NCBI RefSeq assembly: GCF_006345805.1
Contig: NC_043006.1
Span: 87,854,001 to 87,918,000 of the forward strand
DNA from: Octopus sinensis
Lineage: Eukaryota
Direction of reading: 5' to 3'
Length of the DNA: 64,000 nt
Below the pieces are notes generated by a model. It did no database searches, was not told where the DNA came from, and worked only from the letters and a program-made list of their open reading frames with translations. Position 1 is the first letter of the stretch; the number at the start of each line of letters is the position of its first letter. This document shows positions 26,358 to 38,750 of the stretch, piece after piece. The translations under genes were made by a program, and so were the position numbers.

Positions 26358-26979
26358 AACAAACAAGATGAGGACAAATATCTGTCAACTGTAAATAATG
26401 TGTTTAATTTACTCATAAAAATCAACAAATGATAATACAATTTTTTACATATCCCAAAGTAACTTTATATGACAAATTTAAAATTTAATATTGAAATTAG
26501 GTTTTAAATGTTTAAATTTTAAATTCATTAAAAAATATAAATAAGTCATCATCATTTTATGTTTGCTTTTCATACTGGGGTACACACACACATATATACA
26601 ATGGGCTTATTTTATTTTCATCAGCCAAATATAATTGAAGACATTTCACTTGCCCAGGGTGCTACACGGTGGGATTGAAACTAGAACTATGTGGTTGGGA
26701 AGCAAACTCCTTACCACAGTCATGCCTGCACCTATTAGCTAATTTGTTATTATTACATAGAATTAAGAATATTTCTCTATGGTTACAAGCGTTAAAGATG
26801 AACGTGGTAAAAAACAACAGTGAAGTGAATCAAAAAGTGAGTGAAGCTGTAGAAATGGAACATGTCCATATATACTCGATCTGTTTTGCTATATGAATTT
26901 ATTTTTGCTCTTAGGCATGAAGAGCATAACACATGCCATTTAATTTTATATGAATATTTATCAAATGAAACTTTGAAGC

Positions 26980-27270
26980 CTCATCATCATCGTTTAGTGT
27001 CCACTTTCCATGCTAGCATGGGTTGGACGGTTCAACTGGGGTCTGGGAAGCCAGGAGGCTGCACCAGGCTCAGTCTGATCTGGCAGTGTTTCTACAGCTG
27101 GATGCCCTTCCTAATGCCAACCACTCCGTGAGTGTAGTGGGTGCTTTTTACATGCCACCGGCACAGGTACCAGACGAGGCTGGCAAACGGCCACAATTGG
27201 ATGGTGCTTTTTACGTGCCACCGGCATGGAGGCCAGGCGAGGCTGGCAATGGCCATGATCTGGAAAAGAC
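26980..27270 (-). mobile_element. Family C RTE-tailed repeat
   Basis: catcatcatcgtttagtgtccactttccatgctagcatgggttggacgg... Confidence 0.8.
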
Positions 27271-27558
27271 ATTTAATCCCAAATATGCTGCCTATGCAGG
27301 TAAATCTTTATCATTTATTTAAAGATAACTGAAGTCTTTGAATGTGCAGAAACAATTTTTTGAAAAACATACCTTGGCTTAGATAAAATACTTAAGAGTG
27401 TCATACAAAGTTTCATACTTAATTACAAAAGCTTAAAAATCAAAAATATACATTTGGCAGAGAGCTTGAGTAGGCAGTGGCAATTAGAATCATGGAAATT
27501 ATAACAGAAAAGATCTATTTGGTTAAAATATGAAACCTTTCATTACCTGATTAAATGG

Positions 27559-27773
27559 TTTACTCTTTTACTTGTTTCAGTCATTTGACTGTAGCCATGC
27601 TGGAGCACCGCCTTTAGTCAAGCAAATCGACCCCAGGACTTATTCTTTGTAAGCCTAGTACTTATTCTATCACTCTCTTGTGCCGAACAACTAAGTTACG
27701 GTGACATAAACACACCAGCATAGGTTGTCAAGCAATGTTGGAGGGACAAACACAGACACACAAACACACACAC

Positions 27774-27816
<43 letters not shown>

Positions 27817-27985
27817 TATATATGACGGGCTTCTTTCAGTTTCCGTCTACCAAATCTACTCACAAGGCTTTGGTTGGCCTGAGGCTATAGCAGAAGACAC
27901 TTACCCAAGGTGCCATGCAGTAGGACTGAACCCAGAACCATGTGGTTGGTAAGCAACCTACTTACCACACAGCCACTCCTACACC
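27559..27985 (-). mobile_element. Full-length tRNA-SINE family A
   Basis: Runs from tactcttttacttgtttcagtcatttgac to cttaccacacagccactcct, with a central (CA)n. Confidence 0.9.
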
Positions 27986-28079
27986 TTGTAAAAAAAAATA
28001 GCAACTGCAGAAATAAATTTTAACAAATTTGTGAAACTTACAGAAAGAGTAAAAATGAAGGAATAATTTTGTGATTTAT

Positions 28080-29000
28080 TTGGACAAACTAACTGACTTC
28101 ATAAATTCAGCTCCACTCCCCTAGTGATATTTGTCAGATATGAAAAAAGTGTGTATGAGGACTTACTGTTTGTCAATCATTAGCTGCATGTACAATGGAT
28201 GAAGTTGTTTTCTAGAAAATGGATTTGGAAACAAAAAACCTTCTACATTTGCTCATCGCTTGATTCATCTTAGATGACTAAAATAATTTCCTCAGAATTA
28301 AATGTGATAATTCAAAATGCTAGGATATGAGATCCAAGTTCAGCCAAGTTTTATCACATTCAAAAGTGTGATGGCCCTCAGAGACAAATTTTGAGATAGC
28401 ATATAGACTTCGAAATTGAAGTAAAACTGTGTTAATCAGAAAGAGCTAAAATCTTAAAGAATTCTTTCATTCAAAACTAGGCTTTGCAAATTATGCTATT
28501 TGTCAAAGTTTTGATAAACTCACTATGTTCCTTCAAGAGGAAAACACAAACATTTTAACATTGAAAAAGGACATTGAAAAGTTTTATATTTAGAAATGAA
28601 TTAATGAATTTTGTCTATGAAAAGAATTTGACGTAATTTGAAAAATAGATCAAATTCAAGCATTTGGTATGTGTACAAAAATTGTTCTGCAAATATTTTC
28701 AACATAGACATAAATAATTATAAATTCCCTTCAGTATAGCAATGGAACAAGTGAAACATTTTTATTTGAAGGTTCAAGAAGAATTTGTAGCACAATCGTG
28801 TGATTCAAATCTCAAACTTGAATTTTCAGCATTCTTTTTTATTGGCTGAATGTGGAATCAGAATTTCCAATACCACTATAAATTAGTAATGGCAGCTGTT
28901 TTATAATTTCCTCACTCATATTTATCTGAATCTACTGCTTCAGCTTTAATGGTAATAAAGGTGAAGCACAGTACAACTATTAAGAATAAAGAAATTCCCT
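28080..29000 (+). mobile_element. Degenerate hAT transposase remnant including dimerization domain
   Basis: WLNVESEFP...FPHSYLSESTASALMVIKVKHS (cf. hAT FxTxYLCExxFSxxxxIKTKxR) near 28845-28980. Confidence 0.65.
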
Positions 29001-29446
29001 TATGAACGTACATTTATTTTATGTCGGTTTTCCTATGCTAGCTTGTTTTAGATGAATACATATTGTTGAAGCGCTGGTTTACAGCTGGATGATCTTCTTG
29101 CTGTTAACTCTTACCTGTTTTGAAGTAAGGAAAGTTTCATAGCACTGGCCTTTGAAAGCACAGAGTTACTAAATGATCTGTTGTCTGAAAAAATATCGAT
29201 AAATGACACTGCCTCCAGCTCAGCTCAGTATGTAAATTTTCACACTGGAACACTGATATGAACACAAGTAAGCACATATACAGACATACATATTCATATA
29301 TACATACATATAGACATGTATATACAAACATGCATACATACATATATACATGCATACACACATACATGCATTACATATATATATATATGCATACATAACA
29401 TATATATATACATACATACATTGCATATATACTTACATACATATAT

Positions 29447-29603
29447 AGGAGTGGCTGTGTGGTAAGTAGCTTGCTTACCAACCACATGGTTCTGGGTTCA
29501 GTCCCACTCCATGGCACCTTGGGCAAGAGTCTTCTACTATATCCTCGGGCTGACCAAAGCCTTGTGAGTGGATTTTATAGATGGAAACTGCAAGAAGCCC
29601 CTC

Positions 29604-29647
<44 letters not shown>

Positions 29648-29850
29648 TTGTGTGACTGTATTCGTACCCCACCATTGCTTGACAACTGACATTGGTGTGT
29701 TTACGTCTCTGTACCTTAGTAGTTCAGCAAAAGAGACCGATAGAATAAGTACTGGGCTTATACAAAGAATAAGTGCTGGGGTCAATTTGTTTGACAAAAG
29801 GTGATGCTCTAGCATGGCTGCAATTAAATGACTGAAACAAATAAAAGAAT
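29447..29850 (+). mobile_element. Full-length tRNA-SINE family A
   Basis: A box TGGCTGTGTGG, B box GGTTCAGTCCC, central (TA)(TG)n, tail caattaaatgactgaaacaaataaaag. Confidence 0.9.
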
Positions 29851-29860
29851 ATATATGTAC

Positions 29861-29968
<108 letters not shown>

Positions 29969-29974
29969 ATAAGC

Positions 29975-30265
29975 TCGCAAGAAATGAAGCCAGTATACTA
30001 CGATGGATGTGTAATATCAGTGTTCATACTCGACAGAGTGTAAGTGCCTTGAGAGAAATGTTGGACCTAAGAAGCATCAGTTGTGGTGTGCAAGAGAGAC
30101 GTTTGCACTGGTATGGTCATGTGACGAGAATGGATGAAGATAGTTTTGTGAAATAGTGCCACACCTTGCGGTTGAGGGAACCTGTGAAAGAGGTAGACCG
30201 AGGAAAACCTGAGACGAGGTGGTGAAGCACGACCTTCGAACTTTAGGCCTCACCGAGGAAATGAC
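29975..30265 (+). mobile_element. RTE-like LINE 3' end
   Basis: ARNEASILRWMCNISVHTRQSVSALREMLDLRSISCGVQERRLHWYGHVTRMDED...GRPRKT. Confidence 0.8.
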
Positions 30266-30426
30266 GATTTTGATTCTGATTCTCACTTGCCTCAACAGGT
30301 CTTCACAAGTAGAGTTTTGTGTCCCAAGAAGGAAAGGTATGCTAAGTGGACTGGCTACATCCCAGGTAGAGGCCATGGGTTATGGTCTCACTTGTCCTGC
30401 CGGGTCTTCTCACACACAGCAAACTT

Positions 30427-30463
<37 letters not shown>

Positions 30464-30572
30464 ATTATAATTAAGGACATAGGAAAATTCTAGCCTATAT
30501 GCTGAAAATAGACATTAGACAAAATTTTCTTAAAAAATTCTATCCTTGATTATATTACATATATATACACAC

Positions 30573-30606
<34 letters not shown>

Positions 30607-30945
30607 ACTCACACATATACATATACATGCGTAAATGTATATATACATACATATATATACATAACTATATATATATACACATATATATTGGGTTGGCAAC
30701 TAAGTTCCTGCCATTTTTTTAAATTTTGGAATTTATTGCGTTTTTAGAGTTTGGAATCTATTTTGTTTTTTTTTTCTAAGTAATATTACTTAATTTTTCT
30801 TTATTTTCAGATCATTAAAATGGAATGTCAAGTTAAGAAAAATAAGCATTTTTGACACCTCCTTCTTTTAGCTGTTTTAAAGGTGGTGCTCCAGCATGGC
30901 CACAATCAAATGACTGAAACAAGTAAAAGAGTAAAGAGTAAAAGA

Positions 30946-30974
<29 letters not shown>

Positions 30975-30982
<8 letters not shown>

Positions 30983-31286
30983 TATGAATTTGCTTTGCAA
31001 GATTCTTGATGTGAAATTGTGTGTTGAAACAGATATTGTTGCATTTCAGGATGGTCATTTTATCTATTATTTTTTTGCCAAATAAACACACACCCTATTT
31101 TTTCTTCACTTGTTTATTATTGTTATTATATTATTTTAACACCTGTCCACTGTCCTGACAGTGGACAGGCATTAGAATAATAAAATACCAGTAATAAACA
31201 AGTGAAGGAAAAAATATATAGTGTGTGTGTTTATATGGCAAAAAGTAAATAAATAAAATGACCGTCCCAAAATAAAACAATGTATC
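30975..31286. mobile_element. Fold-back of the same pLTR family as 6310-6717
   Basis: Arms 31032-31154 / 31157-31286 with perfect inner stem cctgtccactgtc/gacagtggacagg; the right arm aligns with 6549-6662 and 30980-31090 is the reverse complement of 6610-6717. Confidence 0.8.
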
Positions 31287-31494
31287 ATCATCACCATCAT
31301 CATCATCGTTTAACGTCCGCTTTCCATGCTAGACTGAGATCTGGCGAACCTGACGGCTGCACCAGACTCCAATCTGATCTGGCAGAGTTTCTACAGCAAT
31401 GCCCTTCCTAATGCCAACCACTCTGAGAGAGTAGTGGGTGCTTTTACATGCCACCGGCATGAGGGCCAGTCAGGTGGTACTGGCAACAGCCATG

Positions 31495-31800
31495 CTCATG
31501 CACCCTTTTCAAGCCTAGCGAGGCTCATGGGCCTGGTTTCCCAGTTTCTGTGGCATATGTGTTCCCCCCAGCTGGACGGGATGCCAGACCATCACAGTGT
31601 TACTCAAGAAACAGGAAAAAAGTGTGAGAGAAAGTTGGGGCAAAAGAGTACAATAGGGGTCACCACCACCCCCTGCTGGAGCTTCGTGGAGCTTTAGGTA
31701 TTTTCACTCAATAAACACACACAACGCCTGGTCTGGGAATCGAAACCGCGATCCTCTGACCGCGAGTCCATTGCCCTAACCACTGGGACATTGCACCTCC
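31495..31800 (-). mobile_element. tRNA-derived SINE (third family)
   Basis: Minus head GGTGCAATGTCCCAGTGGTTAGGG...GGTTTCGATTCCCAGACC with A/B boxes. Confidence 0.7.
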
Positions 31801-32554
31801 ACATGTATATGTATACATGTATACATATGCATATATATATATATAGAGAGAGATAGATAGAATGGACTTTTGCAGTTTCTGTGAACCAAATTTACTAGTT
31901 GTACATTAGATATTTGCCCAAGGTACCATGCAGTGGAGCTGAACTCGAAATCACATACATGGAAAGCAAACTTTTTGATCACACACACTAAGCATCACTG
32001 ACAAATTTTAAGCTACAATAAACGATAAAAAAAGAAACACACTCCTCCCACTGAAGATATTTTGATGATACATTTTATGCTTTTAGTAAAGTTTCATCTC
32101 ATATCTATATTGCTTTATATTTTCTGAATTTTAATTGGTTATTTCTAATAGTCATCTATCACAAACATAGATTATATTATTTTATTATCTATTGAATTTT
32201 TAATACTAAAAAAAAAACGGTCACAAGGAAATTTGTCTGGTAGAGTGAGATCAGTTGTGAAGGAAGTTTATAAAGCAATGTTCTAAGGGAGTGAGTATTT
32301 CCCATACACTAATTCCCTTCATATAATTTTCAGCCATGATCATAAAATTCTGTGTATGTCGAAGTTGATGCTCTTTATATAACAGGAACATTTTGTCTGA
32401 ATTCCCACACAGTTTTTGTCTCATTAAATTTACTCACAATGCTCGGGCTAATTCAAGGTTACAGTAGATGTTTACGGAAGGTACTACACAGATCAAAACT
32501 GGGGACTTCATAATTGCAAAAAAATTTTAGCCGTTTAGTAAAACACAGGCACAC

Positions 32555-32587
<33 letters not shown>

Positions 32588-32694
32588 TGCAGGCACTTAT
32601 ATATAGGCAATTATTTTTAGATGATAGACTTAATTCATTAAGTTGTTTAACACTATGACAGGGCCTTTGGTATATATATATATATATATATATC

Positions 32695-33168
32695 TCAGAA
32701 AATATCAAATATCATTATTGAGTTTGAAAACAGAGAGAGCTAATGGATACAAATTAATTCATTAATTAATTAACATCTTCACCTACAATTGTTTCAGTTA
32801 TCAACCAAAATTAAAACTACAAAACATATAAATATATAATTTTGCATTTTAAAATACCTTGGGTGGAAAAGCATCAGGGTGTACAAAAAGACAATATAAG
32901 GATTACATTATGTTTTGTCGGACTACTCCAATATACTCAGAATATATAAACAATGTAATCCTTGTATTGCCCTTTTGTACACCCTGATAATTTTCCATCC
33001 AAGGTATTTTAAAATGCAAAATTGAATATTTATATATGTTTTGTAGTTTTAATTTTGGTTGAGAAATGAAACAGTTATAGGTGAAGATGTTAATCAATTA
33101 ATAAGTTAATTTATATCCATTAGATCTCTCCATTTTCAAACTTAATAATAATATTTGATATTTATGAT
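32695..33168. mobile_element. AT-rich fold-back element (~215-bp arms, ~40-nt loop)
   Basis: 32700-32909 is the imperfect reverse complement of 32952-33163. Confidence 0.85.
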
Positions 33169-33294
33169 ATTTTATATAATATATTCATTGAAGAAATATC
33201 TCTTCAAAATACAGTATATTAAACCAGTGTATATTGGATAAAAATATCCCTATAAGAGGTCTAAATATCCTCCTAATGACAAATAAATAAATAA

Positions 33295-33332
<38 letters not shown>

Positions 33333-33337
<5 letters not shown>

Positions 33338-33545
33338 TAATCCAAACAAGAAAACACAAAGAGAAAACACAACAATGCGAGGACGTGGAACAAGTATAGT
33401 ATTATTGGATGCTCAGGAAAGAAGGAGGGTTCAAGGTTTCAAGTGGAGCTCTTCGTCAGAAACATAGGAAAAGAAAGATCCAAAGAAGGGAAGACAGAGG
33501 AAAAAAAATTGCCAACGGTATACATGCGGTCACAAATATTTTCAT
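33333..33545 (-). mobile_element. Probable Penelope-like pLTR with degenerate HHR (33429-33463)
   Basis: Minus GTTT-CTGACGA-A-GAG(ctcca)CTT-GAAA-CCTT-GAAC; stem I GUUU/GAAC. Confidence 0.5.
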
Positions 33546-34399
33546 GCCAAATAAGAAATCCTCTTTCGACCAAAGATTTCTGAACCTGGATTCTGTATAG
33601 TGTTAAATTTTCAATTTCCATAATCTTTATTTTACAAGAAGCATTCAACATACTCTGGTATTCAGCAGGTTATCAATGCCCTATATTGAACAACAATAAT
33701 AGAGACAAGTGGATTGAATCTATAAACCTCATCTTAAGTTTTGTACTCATGTTATTTTGACATTCCATGCAAAGCTTGGTATATGTACCATCAAGACAAT
33801 CTTGAAGCTCATTCTTAATAGTTTAGGTTAAATAAATTGAATAGATAAATTTATTTATTATTATCATTTATTATGATTTGTATGATTCCAGCAAGTATTT
33901 AAATTATGATAAATTGGGTTATCATTTACAGAATTTTGATTAGCCTATATCCATGTTTGCTTAAATCTGAAAAAGATTCAAATTCATCTCTCAAATTCAG
34001 ATCATTGCTTTTAGGTAACAAAAGAAAGTGAGAACCTTCTTTATATGAGATTTTGGTTGTTGTTGTTGTTGGGGCGGGGAAGGTATCTAATTAGTGTAAT
34101 TGTTTGGAATGGTGCTTAAATAATGTATGTGTTCAGGAGAGGTGTTAACATAAGTTTAAAAGAATGGGAACTAATAGATATTGGGGAGGTAAGTGGAAAA
34201 TATAATTACTGTATTCTGTGAATATTACAAAAGGAATCCTAGTAGTCTCCCTGACTTTTGAGTAGTTTTCTATTTATGATATTTTAATTTTATATATCAT
34301 CCAGTATTTTAAATATAATATGCTAATTTTATATCTAAAACATCAGAATTGTGTGTGTGCGCACGTGCATGTGTGTGTGCGTGCATGCATGCTTTTGTG

Positions 34400-34870
34400 T
34401 GCATAGACATGGTTATGCCACTTTTTAAGTCTTTTACATGCCAATATGAGGGCTTTACCTCGGTTGCTTATCTATCTTTAAAAACAAGCAGATCACACAC
34501 TTATATTTTAAAGACAGTAGGAGTTACTGGATAAATTAGTGCAAGATTTGGTGCATCAGCAATAAAATTCAGGATAATCATGGACTTGGCCAAAAAACAA
34601 CAACAACATGTAGATCTTTCATTCCAGATGTTGTGTAGTCTGAGTTATCTCTAAGTAGGCAGATCTGATATAATCTATTGACTACACAGTATTCTATTTT
34701 TCCAACTGCATCAAACATTCAACTAGTCAAAGATCTCACTGTTTTGTGGTTATTTATTGTATGCCATTTGGTGCATGTTGCATTTTGTCTATTGTCAGGT
34801 TTGATCCCCTATATTGCTGATCAAGAAAACAAAAAGAAACCTATAAATAAAACCAATCCAATCATGTTCT
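34400..34870 (-). mobile_element. Ancient CR1/L2-like RT remnant
   Basis: Weak, stop-ridden similarity (FLFVFLISNIGD cf. LLFxxxISDID; MKDL cf. KDLG). Confidence 0.3.
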
Positions 34871-36268
34871 GCATTTTCCAAGATAATGGTGTGTAATTTC
34901 AGAGAGATATCATTGCTATATGATCCACCATGTATAGGTTCCACTATTATTGTGTTACATATGTGTAAAGGTTCTGTTGGTGGCCATTGTAGAGGGTGAA
35001 CAAAATGAATAGCAGTGTTATATTATACTGTTTATAATAAGGCAGTTTTGTTCTGAATGCTATGAATGCATGGTTTACTAATGAGTTAATCTAATTTTCA
35101 TGTAAATAATAATTGATTTGTCTAGAGAAACAAAGCCAAGTTTTTTTTAGGTGGAAATGTATAGTTATTTCTTTGAAACTCAGTAAATAACTGGTATATG
35201 TTTTATCAAAACTTAATGTATAAAAAGTATAGAAAACCACAACAGAATATGAATACAATAAAATAGAGTAAAATACAAAACTTTGATATTATAAATCATT
35301 TCCACCCTGGCTTTCTTCCAAATATGTCATCACCACTGCTCTACATATTATATCTGGAAACAAGAATTTGGCAACAAGATTGATATATTACACCAGTCAT
35401 CAGGTAAATATTCACATGATTTGCTGCTTGCAATTTGTTGTTGATCATTAAGTTTCCAATAAGGCCTGAAGATATATGTGGTTTTCAAGTTTTTATTTCC
35501 AATCATATTCTTGCCAACACAGATTAACACTGCCCTACCAATTCTGAAAATGTTCTTTATAAACTTTTTCATCTTCTGGTATATTTTCTTACTATAACTA
35601 CATTTCTCATATCTTATAGTTAGAATACATTATTTAATTATTCATTATAAAAGGCACATCCAGCTGATGAGAAACCATTATTTAGTTGATGCTTATAATA
35701 TATTTTAGCTTTTGTTGAGTATCTTTGGTTTCTTCATTGCCTGAGACAAGGTATCACTCTTTTCATAAAAATATGTTTAAATATATGATTGGCTGCTAAG
35801 GTTACAGTTTTCCAGAATATTAATCTTACTTTAGAATGTATATTTACAAAATATTTACGCTGTATTCAGTGTGATTTCCAATAATTATCAGGTGTTATAT
35901 TTTCTTTATAATAAACCTGTGGTAGTGAATTAGTAGATAAAGATGTTATTATCCCTACTTGAGAAATAAAGATTCTGAATTGAAATCCAGTTAAGTGTCA
36001 TCTATATATATATAAATATATACATATATATATATATATACATGCCAGCTCTGTCTGGCACCTGTGCGGGTGGCACGTAAAAAGCACCCACTACACTCAC
36101 GGAGTGGTTGGCGTTAGGAAGAGCATCCAGCCGTAGAAACACTGCCAGATTTGACTGGGCCTGATGAAGCCTTCTGGCTTCACAGACCCCAGTAGAACCG
36201 TCCAACCCATGCTAGCATGGAAAACGGACGCTAAACGACGACGATGATGATGATGATATATATATATA

Positions 36269-38750
36269 TCTCTATATATAAAACTGAAATGCGTTTTTAC
36301 CGCTTGGATCGCTTTCAATGCCACTACGACCCGTCCGATTTGCTCCAAAATTTACAGGGACATGTAGAATGTGGTGACGATGCCAGTGGGCTAACTTAGA
36401 AATCCCTATCTTAAAAGGTGTGGTTGCTAGGGGCCATCTTCCTCACTCACGCTATTTCCTATATTACCCTCTCACTCCCCTTCATTTAGTCCACTCCCGT
36501 TATTTAATGTAAGAACATTTTCACTCACTCTATCTCTTAGCTTCCCATAATTTTTACTCATGTATCTCTATACAGAGAAACAACTATTCCATCGCCATCG
36601 CATTCTATCGTCTACCTGTCAACGCGCCCATCGACCAAATACAAACAGAACACACCAACGAGCGTTTATATACATGTGTGTGTTCTATATATAAATATGT
36701 ATATATAATGTATATATCTGTTTTTATGTATATTAAACTTTTTAATACTTTTTGATAGTTACGTAAAGGGAACTGGTTGCTTCTTTACACTTTTTGGGTG
36801 CAACTTGGGTGCGAGACAGATAATTTTCTCTGTTAATTTCGTGACCAACAGGGGTCTAACAGGGGGAAATTATGCCTAAATATGAGCGCAGCACATGTGA
36901 ACATCCGAAGTGCTTTGAGTCGGGAGAAGAATTGAGCTGACGCAGACGTGTTGCAAAACAAGAGAGTACACGTGCAGAACAGAGGTGCATGAGTGCAATA
37001 GGGCTTGCTAGGCTGAAATACAGTGTAAGTATTGAATATCCCAGTGATTAATGCGGTAAGCTGAGGCTGCCAGCCAGTGCTTGAACTATTATATGCCTCG
37101 GTCGTGCAGGAACAAAAGTGTGGCATGCTGGCGCATTGTAAGGGACAAACAACTTTCTCTATGTATGCGTGACCGACCTAGGGTCTTACAGAGATGAGTT
37201 GTGTTTACAAGGGCACATTGAGCATGGAAAACAAGCGAGAAAGCCATGTGTAGCGTATGAATGTGACAGAGACATCATTTGTGTGTGTATTAACTATGTG
37301 TGTTCGTGTGTGCGACAGAAGTACAAACAAGGTGTATGCGGACAAAACAAAATACAGCACATAGGAAAAGTCTCTCAGGGTATTTCAGACAAGATGGAGT
37401 TAATTTACCAGTTCGTAGTAAAGTACATAATAGCAGTTCGTTCTGTAACAGGATGTTCGGATCACAAGTGCAGATGCCGGTTGAACACATGTCGTGTAGT
37501 GGTTGTGGCTTCAATGCTGTGCCAGGTTACATTGGTACAGAAGATCTCGCAGGTAGTGCTGTGCTGTTAACCTCGGTGAAAATCATAACAGCGTGAAAGC
37601 TACACCTGAATGAGTGCTATGTACATATTAGTGTTGCTGGAGATGAAGGCGGAGATGGAGACGACGTGAAGGTGAAGGACGACGATGGTGATGGCGACGT
37701 TGAGATGAAGGCGTCGGTGGCATTGCTGGTGTATGTTAGCGTCGTCATTGGCTGGAGCAAGAACATGACTGGATGGTCTGGTCGTCTGTCGCTAGAACTG
37801 GAACATGGTTGAGTAAGCTCTGTGTGGATGAAGACTGCGGCGGATTGATTGGTTCAGACTAGGTAGAAACTAGATTTTAGCTAAGTGTTCTATGGTCTAT
37901 GACCAGAACTCGGGAAACTTGCTTGAGTGTTCTATGGTCTAAGACCAGAACTCGGGAAACTTGGTTGAGTGTTCTATGGTCTATGACCAGAACTCGGGAA
38001 ACTTGGTTGAGTGTTCTATGGTCTATGACCAGAACTCGGGAAACTTGGTTGAGTGTTCTATGGTCTATGACCAGAACTCGGGAAACTTGGTTGAGTCCTC
38101 ATCTTATAAAATGTGGCCCCAGTAGACCCAAATGAAATCGGGTTATATTAACCAAAATTTGAAAAGGGGTCTAAATGGGGCTGGAAGGGGATTAAAATTT
38201 AAAGGAGCGGGTGTTTAGCAATTCTCTGTTACATCAAGCTAAAAAATTTGCGCCAGCCTTTTAATCGTCAATGTGTTGCCGTCCATGATGAAGAAGTTTT
38301 GAATGCTTGCCATCGTGAGTCTACTGTCGTGAGAAAGAATCACTTCAAAACTTGGTTTTTAGGGATTTTCTTTTACATCAAGTTCATAATTTTACGCCAG
38401 CCGTTGAACTGTCAATACGTTGCTGTCCGTCGTTAAGAAATGCCAGCCATGGTGACTCTACTATCCTCAAATTCTATCCCTTCAAACTTTGGTTTCCAAT
38501 ATTTTATCATTTTTATTCAGCTCGCAAGTTCGTCTGTCCCTTTTAAATGTTAGTGTTTTGCTGTCTGCCTTGAAGCAGACCTTTCCGTTGTTACTGCCTG
38601 ATATTTATGATTGATCTTTCTAAAAATTTTATTTCTCAACTTACTCAAGATCTTTTGTTGTTTATAAATGGGAGAGAGATAGATAAAGATAGAGAGTAAG
38701 AGAAAGCGAGGGAGAGTCCGAGAGAAAGGAAGAGTAAGAGAGTGGGAAAG
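36269..38750 (+). mobile_element. Helitron-like element (5' end present, 3' end not seen) containing an internal insert
   Basis: Starts A|TCTCTATATATAAAACTG, the typical non-autonomous Helitron 5' end; no CTAG terminus found before the next repeat at ~38780. Confidence 0.5.
37883..38096. repeat. Tandem array, 42-bp unit x5
   Basis: Unit GAGTGTTCTATGGTCTATGACCAGAACTCGGGAAACTTGGTT starts at 37883, 37925, 37967, 38009 and 38051; no spacers. Confidence 0.97.

Larger units (their letters stand above)
25610..26410 (-). mobile_element. 5'-truncated Penelope-like element: GIY-YIG EN, tRNA-like segment, HHR-bearing pLTR, and an inverted pLTR at the 5' end
   Basis: Minus 26298-25898 translates KDCVYSIPCSCGRLYKGKT*HPLKIWVEEH...SGIADHVW..WDEVKIIDRE..KLKEAAHM (GIY-YIG, 2 stops); the pLTR at 25610-25720 recurs inverted at 26300-26410. 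Confidence 0.85.

Noticed and set aside
34797-34886. Plus-strand 90-nt exon candidate (LIPYIADQENKK...)
   Set aside because: The donor is weak (gtgtgt) and the segment overlaps a probable antisense LINE remnant.
37883-38096. CRISPR-like look (short palindromic repeats)
   Set aside because: Units are head-to-tail with no unique spacers, the context is eukaryotic, and there are no cas genes.
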